The notes beneath the pieces are model-generated. The model saw nothing but the letters and a program-made list of their open reading frames with translations, made no database searches and had not been told where the DNA came from. Both the position numbers and the translations under genes were made by a program. This document shows, piece after piece, positions 1 through 16,024 of a stretch of 64,000 nucleotides of DNA. The DNA lies in NCBI RefSeq assembly GCF_009914755.1, contig NC_060926.1. One strand, written 5' to 3'. The DNA comes from the human T2T-CHM13v2.0 reference genome, Homo sapiens. Every line of letters begins with the position of its first letter. Positions within the stretch are counted from its first letter, which is position 1.

Positions 1-225
1 AGTTTGAGACCAGCCTAGCCAACATGGTGAAACCCCGTCTCTACTAAAGATACAAAAAATTAGCCAGGTGTGGTGGCGCACACCTGTAACCCCAGCTGCT
101 CGAGAGAGTGAGGCAGGAGAATTGCTTGAACCCAGGAGGCAGAGGTGCAGCGAGCAAAGATCACACCAATGCACTGTAGCCTGGATGACAGGGCAAGACT
201 CCAACTCAAAAAAAAAAAAAAAAAA
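1..225 (+). mobile_element. AluS, cut by window start
   Basis: Alu body plus poly-A tail. Confidence 0.9.
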
Positions 226-1072
226 GAAATATGTAAGTTGTGCTATAACAAATAAATAGGCAGTGAGAAGCAAAGTGCTAAAGCCTATGACCATGGTAAC
301 TAGGAATACTGTGGGAACACATAATAAGGGAACCTAACCCAGTCCTGGAAGTAAGGTTTTGGAAAGGAATGTTTGAGGACAAAGGGTTAAAGAGAGTGAA
401 AAAAAAAATTAAAATACCAGTTAGCTGTGTGGAGAATGGGATAGGGAGCTAACTAGAGAAATCAAATAGGAATGTTTCATGGTATGTTAAGGACCCTGGT
501 AAGGGTGAAGACCATTACATTATCTGCACCATCGCGGGACTTTTTTTTTATGGTAATGCTTGGCAATTTAAATAGAGGAGCAGAGAATGTAGACAGTTGG
601 ATTGAGTCAGAGTTGAAGTTCTGCCAGACATGTGAAAGGAAGAGACAGGTAGGCAAGAGAGTTGAAGAGATTATCAAGACAGAAGTTAATGTGCTGGCCA
701 GTGGCATCTAGTCTGAGTCTAATCTGAGGGAAGGAAGTGAAGATAAGCAGCTTGCTGATAGTTATGAAGAGAGTGGAAGGCTTCAAGGACCTACAGGTGT
801 TGATTAAATAGAAGAATGATTGGAGAAAGAATAACTGTGAGAGAGTGAGATTTTCAGGCTTGAGTGACTCTCACATACCAGACACTGTGCTAAATGCTTC
901 AAAGACATGATCCCTGCCCTCAAGGGACTTACAGCCAAAAACAAGAGATAAGAAATACACACCAATACTATTATAGGACACTTGTGTAGAATATCAAGAA
1001 AGAAATACGATCTAGTACTGTAGATGTGCAACGGCATCAAAGATATCTTCTAGTTTCAAGAAGTTTCAGATC

Positions 1073-1352
1073 GGCCGGGCGCGGTGGCTCACGCCTGTAA
1101 TCCCAGCACTTTGGGAGGCCGAGGCGGGTGGATCACAAGGTCAGGAGATCAAGACCATCCTGGTTAACACGGTGAAACCCCGTCTCTACTAAAAATATAA
1201 AAAATTAGCCAGGCGTGGTGGCGGGCGCCTGTAGTCCCAGCTACTCAGGAGGCTGAGGCAGGAGAATGGCGTGAACCCGGGAGGTAGAGTTTGCGTGAGC
1301 CGAGATCGCGCCACTGCGCTCCAGCCTGGGCGACAGAGTGAGACTGCGTCTC

Positions 1353-1378
<26 letters not shown>
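1073..1378 (+). mobile_element. AluY, full length
   Basis: GGCCGGGCGCGG start, AluY-type gagaatggcgtgaacccggg; TSD aagtttcagatc at 1061-1072 and 1377-1388. Confidence 0.95.
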
Positions 1379-1383
<5 letters not shown>

Positions 1384-2059
1384 AGATCTTAAACACACTG
1401 CATTTCAACAGTCTAGAATAGGAGAGCATGTTACAGGGAGAGAAAATGTTTTCAGCAAAGGTACAGAGTAGGGAAATAGAGGATATGTTCAAGGAAGAGG
1501 ACCCCAGAGTCATGGTTTGTTAGGGTTAGAGGAAACACAGTGTTTTGCAATCTCCAGGTTCCATTAGTGCGTTATGAAATCAATATGGTGGTTAGCAACC
1601 TGCATTTTAAAAAATGAAATAAATGGATGAGAAGAGAATAGAAAATATTAGCATGCATTACATTTTGAAAGAGCAAGTATTATTTTCTGCAACTTTTGCT
1701 CCAATTGTAACTGTACTTATATTTTTATGTATGGATGTGAATACCAGATACATATATATTTCTTACTGTAGACTGCAGTCAAAAAATCTTTAAAGCACTG
1801 GCCTGGTCTAACTTCCTTATTTTGCAGAGGAGAAATCCAAGATCTGAGAGGACAAACATTTTGCCTGAGGTTATAGAACCAGCTTATGCCATTGCTAAAA
1901 GTGATTCTTAGTTAAAATTCTTTCCCACTAGTGCCATACTGCACTTCTAGTTCTGTTGGCCTGAAATACAGAATATATTAGTGAAACAGCATACACAAGT
2001 CTGGGGAAATATATTGGGTAGGTGGCTGAGAGCCTCATTTTCTAAGAAATGTGGACCTT

Positions 2060-2352
2060 AGGCAGGGTATGGTGGCTCACACCTATAATTCCAGCACTTT
2101 GGGAGGCCAAGTCAAGAAGATCGCTTGAACCCAAGAGTTCAAGACTAGCATGGGCAACATAGCAAGACCTCATCTCTACAAAAAATTTAAAAATCAGCTG
2201 AGCATGGTGGCATACGCCTGTAGTCCCAGCTACCTGGGAGGCTAGGTGGGTGGATCGCTTGAGCACAGGAGTTTGAGGCTAAGGTGAGCCATGATCACAC
2301 AACTGCACTCCAGCTTGAGTGACAGAGGAAGACCCTGTCCCTAAAAAAGAAA
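2060..2352 (+). mobile_element. AluJ
   Basis: Diverged dimer; aagaaatgtgga on both flanks (TSD). Confidence 0.88.
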
Positions 2353-2504
2353 GAAATGTGGATTTTATTCCTTAGACAGTACAGTCATTAGTCATTAAGT
2401 TTGAGTTGAGAGAAAATAATATGATCAGAAGAAATTTATATCACTGTGGTCTGTAGGATATATGAAAGGAAATAAGAGACTAGAGTCAGGGATTCCACTT
2501 AAGT

Positions 2505-2657
2505 GTTTGTTTGTTTGTTTTGAGACAGAGTCTCTTTTTGTTACCCAGGCTAGAGTGCAATGGTGCAGTCATGGCTCACCGCAGCCTCAAACTCCCAGCC
2601 TCAAATTATCTTCCCAGCTCGGCCTCCCAAAGTGCTGGAATTACAGGTGTGAGCCAA
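2505..2657 (-). mobile_element. Alu monomer or internally deleted AluJ
   Basis: (TTTG)n tail followed by antisense Alu sequence of about 140 bp. Confidence 0.8.
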
Positions 2658-2679
2658 AGGGTTTATTGATGTGGTCTGG

Positions 2680-2832
2680 CCTAGTGCCTCTCAAACTTCA
2701 GTGAGCAGACAAGTGACCGGGAACCTGACTCAACAAGTCTGGGTTTAAGCCTGAGCCTCTGCATTCTAACATGAGTCAAGCTGATGCAGATGGTGCTGGT
2801 CAAGAGCCAAGCACTGAGCAGCAAGGATCTAG
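2680..2832. mobile_element. MER5-like hAT DNA transposon remnant
   Basis: ctagtgcctctcaaactt...ctctgcattctaaca...gctgatgcagatggtgctggtc motifs. Confidence 0.6.
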
Positions 2833-3484
2833 TTAGCAATTAGTAATCAAGGTTGATATTATGGTAGTGACAATAAGAATGGAGAGGAATGTGAAAATCA
2901 GTAACAAAGAAGAGTTCACCTCTTGGTAATGTGAGCATGAGGAGGGAAAGGATGGGGCCAAACATAACTGGTTTTGTGTTTGACTGACGAGGAGAATTGT
3001 AGCTCTATTAACAGAAATAGGAGAAGAAGTTGGTTTGGAGAGAAAGAGGAGTCCTGTTTCAGACGTGTTGAGGTCCCAGGTGAGACAGGATCTCCAAAGG
3101 GAAATGAGCAGTAGGCAACCTAAAAGGAAATCTGTGCTCAGAAGGGAGCTGTGAGCTCGACGTGTAGATCTGAGGGTCATCAGCACATAGAGTTTAGAAG
3201 ACAAGGAGTAGGCAACCAAAAGAGCAAATACACAAAGAGAGGAGGACTGATGATGAGACTTTTGCCTTTTAGGATGAGAAGAGGAACAGGAAATGAAGGA
3301 ATGAAGGGAAGCAGCTTGTAGGAATGTAGAGCATCTGAAAAAAAAATACACACTGTCATGGAAGTCAAGGGAAGAAGAATTTCAAGAAGGAGGGTATGGT
3401 GGACAGTATTACAAGCATCAGGAATACAGCTAAAAGTCATACTCTTGACTGCATTGACCTTGTGGATTTGTGAGGGACACACTA

Positions 3485-3959
3485 ATAAATAAAGGAATTT
3501 ATTGTGGGTATATGGAGGCACAAAGGAAGAGGTTATCCAAATCAAAGCAGGTGGGAGTAGGGATGAGTTCTCCAAGGTGGAGGCATCAGTGAATGTGGGA
3601 AGGGGCACAGAGCATCCATGCCCATCCCAGGCAAGCCACCCTCCAGAAGCCTCCATGAGAGTTCAGCTATCCAGAAGGTCTCTGTACCCTAATCTTTCTG
3701 GGTTTTGCATAGGCTTCATTGTGTAGGCATGATTTATTAAACTATTGGCCACTGGTGATCAACTTAACCTTCAACCCCTCTCCCCTCCCTAATCATGCCT
3801 TGGTCTTTCCAGTGACCAGTCCCTATCCTAAGCTACCCAATGGTCTGCCAGCTATCAGTCAACTCTACAAAAAGACATCACTTTGGAGATTCTAAGGATT
3901 TTAGGAGTTGGCTGTCAGGAATTTAGTTGAAGATCAAATATATATTTCACAATATCACA
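3485..3959. mobile_element. MER21-type LTR within older L2-derived sequence
   Basis: tggccactggtgatcaacttaaccttcaacccctctcccctccc...taatcatgccttggtcttt MER21 motif; ends ...aatatcaca. Confidence 0.7.
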
Positions 3960-4652
3960 GTCGTGCTATTTTATATCAGGCGCCATTAAATGGTTTTAAA
4001 CAAAGAGGTGATAAATTCAGATTTTCTTTTTATAAAGCTTACACTGATGACAGTGTGGTGAATAGATTGGGATGAGGGCAATACTTTTTTTTTGAAATGT
4101 TATATTCCCCTGACCCTACTTTCTCCTTGTTTTCTTCTACCTCTCTCCCCCTACTCACACAGAAAACTTCTCTCCCTCTACTCATTCCCTGAATGCTGGT
4201 GTCTGTTAAGGTTCCAGCCTTGACAGTGAGGCTAATCAGAACCACAGTGGTACAGATGTGAGATGATGGTGGGAGAAAGTGGACAGATATGAGACCAATT
4301 ACTTAGCCGGAACTGACGGGAAAAACAAGAGTCAGCGATATTTTTTTCTGGATCTGAGTATTAAAATGGATGATGGTGCCATTCACTGTGATAGAGAATC
4401 AGAAAGAAAAATTTATTTTGGAGAGATACCATGAATTGTGTTTTAGACATGCTAAGTTTGAGGTGATTATGGGATGTACAGGCGAGCTCCAGACTGTGTG
4501 GGCCTAAAGTAGAAAGGCAATCTGAGTTGGAGATAAAGATTTTGAAATCATCAGAATACGGTTGTTCATTAGAGCACTGTCAGTGGGTAAGATAGCTAAG
4601 GGAGCATGTGTAGAGTGATAACAGAAGATCAAAGACGGAACCCTAAGAATAA

Positions 4653-5138
<486 letters not shown>

Positions 5139-6842
5139 AGAATATCAATATATTAGATTTTAGTAGAAGTAGAACCTATGAAAAGAACAGCCAGAGGGGC
5201 AGAAGAAAAATTAGGAGATTGTGGAACCAAAAGAAGAGAGTGCCTCAGGAAGGAAGGCATGGTCTATGATGCCAAATGCTGCAAAGATAAGGAATAAGAA
5301 GTATCCATTGGGTTTCATAGGAAAAGTCATGGGAAACCATGGTAAAAAAACATTGTGAATGACACAATCGTTGCAAAAGCATTTTTATAGGGGGATGAAT
5401 TTTGTATTTCAGAGGACAAACAGTTCCATACAATGGCAAGATCTAGTGTGTGACCACGGGAGTTAGTGTCTGAAGTGGATTGGAGAAGCAGATCATTGGA
5501 GCTGAGGTTGGCTAGAGCTGTTCTCATGGACACTAATGTCATGGAGTCAACAGCTGTGATCCAAGTGCCCACATCTTCAGTGAATGACAGAGAGGGATTG
5601 AGAGTTCAGTGAATGACCGCTAAAAGAAGAGTAATGGAAGATGTGGCTGGATGGCATTAAAATCCAAGGGACAGGGGTTTTTACTTAAAAGTAGAGAAGT
5701 AATGGTTTTGAAGTGGTAGTGGGGAAAAGGGAGGCAGCTTATGACACTTGTCAGTGGTCAAAGGTATGAGGAAGTTATAGAAAAACTAACATCCACTTGA
5801 GAATATTATAGGGAAGCAGTGAGCTCAAGGTCTCATTTAAGGAAAGGAGCCAAAAGGAAATTCACCAGAGGTTAGCTTTTAGGTAGTTTTTAAAGCAGGA
5901 TTGAAGAATGGAGACTAAACAGTGAAAATGTTTGGGAGAGAGAGGAGCAATAGATATGAGGCTAAACAGAGGAAGCACAGAACAGAATGGAGATGAGTAT
6001 GTTGGGAGGAAAAGGAATAGTCAGAGGCTTATATTTTGAGTTGTGACCAAGGAAGACAGGGTGGGAATCCTCGTGAGGTTATCTTGTTTCAGATTTCTAG
6101 TAGAATGAGTCCCAGGGATTCCAGGGGGGATGGAAGGACTCAGGCTTCCCTATAAGGAGTTGGCTAACGGATCTCATTGGTTTTTGAGTAACTCCTGGCC
6201 CAGATGGCACTAGTTCAATGGAATTATTTTGTTCCCCCAAAACTTATTGAGTTGGAAACAGGTCTAACTCCTGGGATCTGGGAAGCCTTTCTGGAAAGAG
6301 TCACCCACGATCTGGCTGATGTTGAACTGTGCAGACACCATCATATTTGGTTATGTTAGGATGCAATAATTGGTGAAGCTTCTGTAGTGTTGAATGAAGA
6401 ATCCAGGTTGGAAGGGATGAAAGGGTGAGTGGGTGATGAGGTTTGTCAGCACAGACTGCAATTTTGAGAAATGTGGTTATAAAATACCATACCTTAATAC
6501 CGCAGTGCTTTACCACTCACAAATGCCTGTAGACGTATCTGGCAGAGAGGAAAGGGGTTGAATGGCAAGAATGTGGGAAGGGACTGTGGCTAGTTAGTGA
6601 AAATAGTCTACACTTGGGACATAAAAGGCATTTCAAGCTGACCTACTAAGAAGCTCTGTCTCTGACTCAGCCAGCTGGCTCTCTCCTTCCCTGTCATGTT
6701 TTCATTTTCTGTCTTTTCTCTAGTTTCTCAGGATGGTATAGTGGAGTCAGACAAGTCTGAATTTGAGTCTTGGCTCTGACTATTCCTAGACATGTTTTAA
6801 AAGTTACATTGAGCCCTGGTTTTCTCTGTAAACTGAGGATAA

Positions 6843-7361
<519 letters not shown>

Positions 7362-8550
7362 TAAATGTCAGTGTAGGAATTTTGTGCTATGGAAGCTTCG
7401 TGGCTTGGTGAATGGTAAAATGAATAATGTGTGTATATTTGAAGCATCAGAAAGAGAAAATGCTGGGAAGATTCATAGAACCAGTTAACATTTGAACTAG
7501 GAGTCATAAGAAATTTTTAAAATTCTTAAATGGTTTATGAACCTGATGTGGTAGCTACATGAAACCTGCATAGCTGCAGGTATGCTATGGTAGGTAAACT
7601 CTCCATGCTCCTGCTTCCATTGGACCATTTGGCTCCAATGTCTCCAGGTCTTTGTTAGATCAATACTGGTCCTAGCATCTCTGAAAGTCCTAGCTTTCTA
7701 AGATGCTGTTGAAAAAGAGGATTAATCCACATAACTCTGCATCTGCCATTTTGCCCATGTCCCAGGAATGCTGGGCCTAGCCCTTCCTTTCTGAACTGCC
7801 AGAACACGTTCTCAGTTGACATACGTCTTTGTAAATACTGATGTTGGTGTTTGAATTCTCAATTGCCAATGGCACTGGAAAATAGCAAAAGATACTTGGA
7901 ATACTAAGCATTCTTTTTTTCCCGTAAGTTTCTGTAGTGATGGGAACCTAGTAATGGCTTTGGTTTCTGTGCCTCATAACCACATGAAACATTTTTAATT
8001 TGGGGCTCAGAATGTGTTTTTCCCTTTTATTTCTCCACCACTACCATTTACCCTTTCTCCCTTCTTCCTCCTACAATTTGTTCCTTATTCTTTTTTGATT
8101 TTTTTTGAGGGGGGGGGGTCTAACTTATTTTGGTCTCTCTTCCCTTTTCATCTGTACTGTGTATTTCCCTTGTTTTCAACTTTGAATTTAAGACTTTAAA
8201 AATAGCTTTAAAAAGATAAAGATTTCTTTATTTTCTAATACCATCTAAAGATATATTTTTTAGTGTGGTCTCCTTGTGTTGTGTTTTTAAAAGGGTTTCA
8301 TATTGGAGAGCCTGGAAAACTTAAGCAGTTGTAAACTTTAGAATATCATTTCCAGGTCAACTTTGATCTTATATGCCAAGTTCATCGGTGGGGAAAAAAA
8401 TTAAATCTTTCACATCTAAATCAATAACTAGTGTTCCAAAGGAAACTTCAAAGTTTCACTTTAGATTTTTAAAGAAGGGTAATTCCTTCAGTATCAAAGA
8501 AATGAGATGTCAGGAAAAGCCAGAATCCCTTTGTTTAGGACACAGTCTAG

Positions 8551-8898
<348 letters not shown>

Positions 8899-9979
8899 TG
8901 AACAATGATGCTTTTGTGTGCACTTGTTTAAGCGTTGACTGGGCCTGGCCTTTGAAAACTGGAGGCCCAAGAACATGATGCTTTGTGAGGATATCAAACT
9001 ACCACAAAGGAAGTGTGAGGCACGAAACAGGGAGGGATTGGTAGCTTTCTAGGATTCCACCAAGTCCCAGTTTAGTCAGATGGCCAAAAGCTGGGCACCC
9101 TTGCTGCCCCACTGCCAGTTTTGATATAGAGACATTGGTAGAGTAAACTGTACTTAGTAAGTTTTCCTAAATCTAAGTGAATATACAAATTATATTGGAA
9201 TAGATTGAGATTATCCCAAGATGATAAAGAGGTTAACCCCAGATTGTAGCATGGACTCCTGTCAGGATGGAGACTCCAGGACACTTGTTCCTGCTCTCCT
9301 ACCTTCTTTATATAAGTGTGAGATGCAAAGTTTTATTCCCATTAAAGTGAAGCAGATTTCCTCTAAGTATCACTGTATCCTTCCATTTTAGCACTTATCG
9401 CAGTTTATAATTATATTCACACACATAAATACATACATGCATACATACAAATATATATACATGTGTGAGCACACCCCCACACACAAATATATATAGATTT
9501 GCGTGATGATTTTGTCTCAACTGGACTGTAAGCATAATGAGGGCAGCCTGGGTTTGTTTTTGCTTATCATTTTATCCTTAGTGCCTGGTACCATAGTAGG
9601 TGCTTAATAAGTACTTGTTGAAAAACTGGCTCTATGTGAGCTAAGGAACCACTCTTCTCTGTTTGGCAGATGCCAAATGGTGATACTATCACTGCAGTAT
9701 TTATTCTGAGATGGCAGCTTTTATCCTGACATGTAAGCATTTAACAGATATTTGTTTATCAATTCTCCACAATAGCAAACTCATCTATTGAAGTTTTTCC
9801 CAACAATAGATCATGCAATTCTGTGAGATAAACAGCTGACTGACAGAAAGACTCATTTTGCAGAACAGTACTTAGAAATTCATCTAAGGTCCTACCAAAC
9901 TAATTAATTTGGATGAGCAGTCCCTACCGTTTATCTACTAAACTGGGCTTTCCTGGAGTGCCAAAACGGAAGGTGGCCA

Positions 9980-10350
9980 TGTTAGTCATGAACAGCTCAG
10001 TTTCTGTTACAGAGACCCAAAATTACAGAGGTATAACATGCTAGAAACTTAACTTTCTTTCGCATCACAGTCCTGACCTAAGCAGGCAGAGCATGTATGG
10101 TGGCCCCATGCTATCTTGGCCCAGGCTGCTTCTGTCACGTGGCTCCTCCATCCCCAATTGTATGTTTCAAGATGGCTGCCACTTCCTGCTCATCACAGCC
10201 CAGAGGAGGGAGAAAAGAGAAGCAGAACCCTTAACCCCTCCACTAAGGCATAATCTGGAAGTTCACACATCACCTCTGTTCATATCATATAGGCAAGAAC
10301 TTAGTCACCTGACCACACCCAGCTGCCAAGAAGGCCACATCTAGCTGCAA
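9980..10350. mobile_element. Old MLT1 (MaLR) LTR remnant
   Basis: caagatggctgcc and ggcaagaacttagtcacctgaccacacccagctgc motifs typical of MLT1J/K. Confidence 0.6.
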
Positions 10351-10537
10351 AGCAGGCCAAAATTTGAGAAATTCACTTGATGAAGTGATAGACAAGAGTC
10401 AAGATAGTGATTAGTTCTACTAAAAGCACCTAAAGTTTGTGTGTTATTTTTTCTAATGGTGTTTACCCTGGTCCAGTGCATCATGGTGCAAGCCAAGGTC
10501 CAGAACGATGGGTTTTATGCTTTTCCCTTTTGGACAG

Positions 10538-10658
10538 GTCTTGCCCGGGCCAAGTCCATTCCCAGCCAGACATACTCTTCAGAAGTCGTGACCCTCTGGT
10601 ACCGGCCCCCTGATGCTTTGCTGGGAGCCACTGAATATTCCTCTGAGCTGGACATATG
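10538..10658 (+). CDS. CDK15: CDK15 coding exon (121 nt, phase 1 to 2): [40 protein letters not shown](W); activation segment
   Basis: ttttcccttttggacAG acceptor ending 10537; TG|GTAAGA donor; in frame with the previous exon; S[12 protein letters not shown] is the PFTAIRE/PCTAIRE signature. Confidence 0.96.
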
Positions 10659-10757
10659 GTAAGAGTGGTGCCGAGAAAATGTGAGTCATCCTACTCACGA
10701 GGGTTGCTTTATCATCTACATTATATTTTAATAATAATTCTAAAAATGGCAATCACG

Positions 10758-11253
<496 letters not shown>

Positions 11254-11359
11254 TAATATTTGTAGAAGATTCTTGCAATTATTCTATAACCTTTTACTGT
11301 TGAACTGAGACCCACAGAGTTCCTGCCCAAGGCATCTTCTGAATCTGACACTCTTTTTA

Positions 11360-11492
11360 TGTTATTTTATTTTTTGAGATTGGGGTCTTGCTATATTGTC
11401 CAGGCTGGTCTTGAGCTCCCAGGCTGAAGCAGTTCTCCCACTTCAGCCTCTTGAGTAGCTGGGACTATAGGGCTGCACCACTGCACCCTGGC
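11360..11492 (-). mobile_element. FLAM monomer
   Basis: Antisense monomer of about 130 bp. Confidence 0.75.
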
Positions 11493-11913
11493 AATCTCAT
11501 GCTCTTTCTTTCACGCCTTTCCTCCTAGCTCCTCTCTTTAATCCTTTGCCTTGTCTTCTCCTTGACACCTTATCCACAGAGAAACAAACATATATCCCCA
11601 AACCACAGACACACAGATGTGTGTGCACGTGCATGTGCATGCACACACATCTGCATGAACATACTCACACATGTCCAAACGTAGTTCAGAGCCTGGTTTA
11701 GGAAAAAAAAAAAAAAGCATAAAGACCAAGCTTCAAGACACCTGATTTTCATGCCAGTTCGATTTCTAATCAATTAACTCTGGATTCTGTTATCTTGAAA
11801 AAGTCATGTATCCTCTCTGTGTCTATGTTTCTCCATTTTTAAAAATGAAGGTAATAAACTCTCTCCATCTGAGTTAAATGGAATTGTAGTACAAATATAA
11901 GAACCAAATAGGT

Positions 11914-12190
11914 GGCTGGGCTTGCCGTCTCATGCCTGTAATCACAGCGCTTTGGGAGACCAAGGCTGGAGGATCGATTGCTTCAGCCCAGTTGTTTAAG
12001 ATCAGCCTGGGTAGCACAGTGAGATGCTGTCTCTACATTTTTTAAAAAAATTAGTCAGGCGTGATGGCTAATTAAACACTTCAGGAGGCTGAAGTAGGAG
12101 GATCTCCTGAGCCTGAGAAATTGAGGCTGCAGTGAGTTTTGATGGTACCCCTGCAATCCAGCCTGGGTTACAGAGCGAGACCCCGTCTGA
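11914..12190 (+). mobile_element. AluJ whose tail expanded into purine repeats
   Basis: Alu dimer; degenerate TSD aagaaccaaataggt (11899-11913) and aagaatccagataggt (12411-12426) encloses the purine tract. Confidence 0.85.
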
Positions 12191-12415
12191 AAGAAAGAAA
12201 GAAACAGAGAGAGAGAGAGAGAGAGAGAGAAAGAAAGGAAAAGAGAAGGAGAGGGAGAGGGGGAGAAAGGGAGAGGGGGAGAGAGGGGGAGAAGGGGAGA
12301 GGGGGGAGAGGTGGGGAGGGAGGGAGGGAGGGAGGAAGGGAAGGAAGGAAGGAAAGGAAGGAAGGAAGGAAGGAAGGAAGGAAGGAAGGAAGGAAGGAAG
12401 GAAAGAAGGAAAGAA
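12189..12415 (+). repeat. Polypurine tract: (GAAA)n, (GA)n, (GGGA)n, (GGAA)12
   Basis: Directly visible; 12 consecutive GGAA at 12356-12403. Confidence 0.95.
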
Positions 12416-13058
12416 TCCAGATAGGTGCTATCAAGTAAAGCCACAGAGTTGGGGAGGCTCTAAGGTTAATGGGTTACAATAGTGAGCATGGGCTGTCAGA
12501 CATGCATCATCCTAGAACGGCAGTGTTATTTTCTCTGGATCATGTTCCTGGAGACTTCCCAGTCATTTGGGGGCCACTGTTAGATATGTGATGACTTTAC
12601 AGACGTAGACAACTCCCCAAAGGTAAGGAAATATATGAATCTCTTTCAGTACCTTGGAAGAAAGGGTTTATATAAAAACACAAAGCCCCATTTTCAAAAA
12701 TCCATAATTGATTTTAAAAAATTAAATGGTGTCCTAAAAGGCTAAACTAAGCTTTTAGATCTCCCAAAGAATTAAGAAAGGTTGCAGACATTTTTCTCCA
12801 GTGTAGAGTCATTGATTTCTGATACCCAGTACAATTTATAGAAATATCATCTGCTAGTCAAAACCCTCCTGAAACTGTCAGCTCACACCGCTCAGCACTG
12901 TCACTTCAAAGGACTCCGGCAGGCTCTGGCTTACTCAGCTCTTAATGATGTCTTCCTGATTATGTTTCACAGAGTGAAACTTCTACCCGTCAATTTTAAA
13001 CTAATTTTATTATGGAATAGTTAAAACATTCAAGAGTATATATAACATATATGTAGAT

Positions 13059-13283
13059 CAGTGATTCTCAACCAGGGAGCAATTTTGCTCTGCAGGGGAC
13101 ATTTGGCAATGTCTGGAAACATTTTTTGTTTTCACAGCTGGGGGTGGGGTGGTGGGGGGTATCACTGGCATCTAGTGGGTAGAGACCAGGGATACTGCTA
13201 AACATCCTACAGTGCAGAGGACAGCCCCTGCAACAAAGATTTTTCCAACCCAAAACATCTGTAGTATCAAGATTAAGAAAGCC
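13059..13283. mobile_element. MER20 DNA transposon
   Basis: cagtgattctcaacc...ggggacatttggcaatgtctggaaacatttt...ggcatctagtgggtagagaccagggatactgctaaacatcctac. Confidence 0.88.
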
Positions 13284-13305
13284 GATGTAGGTTAAGAAGC
13301 TTAAT

Positions 13306-13642
<337 letters not shown>

Positions 13643-13834
13643 TAACAACTAGAACATAATCCGTACTGTCCTATCAACTGTGTCCCTTTCCCATCAACCT
13701 GCCCCTCCACTAGAAGGCCTTCTACCAAAATTTTTTTTCCTTTTTTCATCAGTATTCTCATATCTTTTTAAAAATAATCCTTTTACATTTTAGAGGTATT
13801 CTTAAAAATATTTTTTTGTTTTACTTGATTTTAA

Positions 13835-13969
<135 letters not shown>

Positions 13970-14149
13970 TAGTCTTCTGTGACTTGGCTTTGTTTCATTC
14001 AATATGTTACATGTTTCTAAGATTCATCCATGTTGATCTGTTTAGCTATACTTTATTTTCTGTTAGTGAATATTTCATTTTTTTTAATGTCTATAGCTTT
14101 GCAATAATACTTGATACCTTGTAGGCCAAGTCTCCCAGCCTATTCATCT

Positions 14150-14551
14150 TCTTCATGAGGATACATCAGATAAACCTAGTTTAAGGGACATTCTACAGAG
14201 TAACTGACCTGTACTTATTGGAAGTGTCAAGATTTTAAAAGATAAAGACTGAGGAACTGTTCCAGATTAAAGGAGACTCCAGAAACCTGCCAACTAAATG
14301 TAACGCATGGTCCTAGATTGGATCTTGGGGGAGATGGTGCTCTAAAGAATACTGTAGGGACTATAGGTGAAATTTCAGTAGGGACTGTGGATTAGATAGG
14401 GGTATTGGATGAATGTTAAATTTCCTGATTTTGATAATTGCACTGTTGTTATGTAAGAGGATACTTTGGTTCTCAGAAAATACCAACATAATTATTTAGG
14501 GATGAAGAGTCATGATATCTACAATTTACTCCCTAATGTTTCAGAAAAGAT

Positions 14552-14584
<33 letters not shown>

Positions 14585-14720
14585 TAGATAGATAAAATAA
14601 CGAAACAAAAGTGACAAAATATTGGCGATGGATGAACCTGTTTGGAGGATATAAGAGAGTTCTTTATACTGCTGCAACTTTTCTATAAGTTTGAAATTAT
14701 TTCAAGATTAAAAGTTGCCT
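14150..14720 (+). mobile_element. Old L1M (L1MC/MD/ME-like) 3' fragment containing (AGAC)7(AGAT)3 at 14554-14593
   Basis: aactaaatgtaacgcatggtcctagattggatc, aatgttaaatttcctgattttgataattg, gcaacttttctataagtttgaaattatttcaa motifs. Confidence 0.7.
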
Positions 14721-14798
14721 CCAAATTGCGAAATCCTTGCTGTTTCATCAAAGTTAGTGTAAGACAGCACTAGCCTAATATGTGATCAGTGTTTGTAA

Positions 14799-15168
<370 letters not shown>

Positions 15169-16024
15169 AAGTACCCATTTTTACATATGTTCAAAAATTC
15201 AAGGTTGCTAATTATATTATCCAAATCTTCTTTATATTATTTTTGTCTTTTTAACCTACCAATGAAAGGTGTGTTGAACTCATTCACTATATTGTTGATT
15301 TGTCAGAATTCTATCCACTTTTGCTTTATATGCTTTGAAGCTATTTTCACTAAGGGCAAATAAATTTAAGACTGCTCATTATTCCTTTGTACACTTTAGT
15401 TACCACTTTCAGAATAATTTTCATTTCTCCTGAAATACATCTTTTAGAGTGTTTTGTTTTGTTTGTGTGTGTGTAGGCCTGCTGGTGGCAAATTCTTCGT
15501 TTTTGTTTTCAGAAGATAAACCCTAATTATTGAAAGGTGGTTTTGTTGGGGATGTGATTCTAGACTGACAGTTATTTTCTCTCAGAACTTTGAAGATGTC
15601 ATTCCCCTTCTTTGTCTTCCATTGTTGCTGTCGAGGAGTTTGCTTTTAGCCTTATTATCTTCCTTTTGCAGGTGATCTCATTTTCTCTGGATGTTTTAAA
15701 GACTTTTTTCTTTGCCTTTATGATTATGCAGTTTTCTCTAGGAGGTGTCCAGTGTGGATTTCTTTTTACTTACCCTGTTTGGTATATCTTGTGTTTCTTC
15801 CATTTGTGAATTCATGTCTTTCATCAGCCATTTTCTTTTTGAATATTGACTCTATTCTATTCTCTCTCTGTAGAGCTCCAATGAAAGACTATTAGACCAC
15901 ATTCTTCTGTTATCCATTTCTCTTCTCTCCTTCATATTTTCCATTTCCTTAACTTTCTGTGATGCATTCTGGGTAATTTCTTCAGCTCATCTACCAGTTC
16001 TTTAAGTCTCTCTTAAACTATGTA

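Noticed and set aside
2833-3656. 172-aa and 158-aa minus-strand ORFs
   Set aside because: They lie in decayed L2/MER21 sequence and show no recognisable domain
5576-5617. 13-15 bp direct repeats with short spacers (also 28012-28066), superficially CRISPR-like
   Set aside because: Only two copies each, human intronic context, no array or cas genes
12055-12482. Overlapping E/R/K/G-rich and S/L/P/F-rich ORFs (also 33190-33469)
   Set aside because: Simple purine or pyrimidine repeats lack stop codons; not coding
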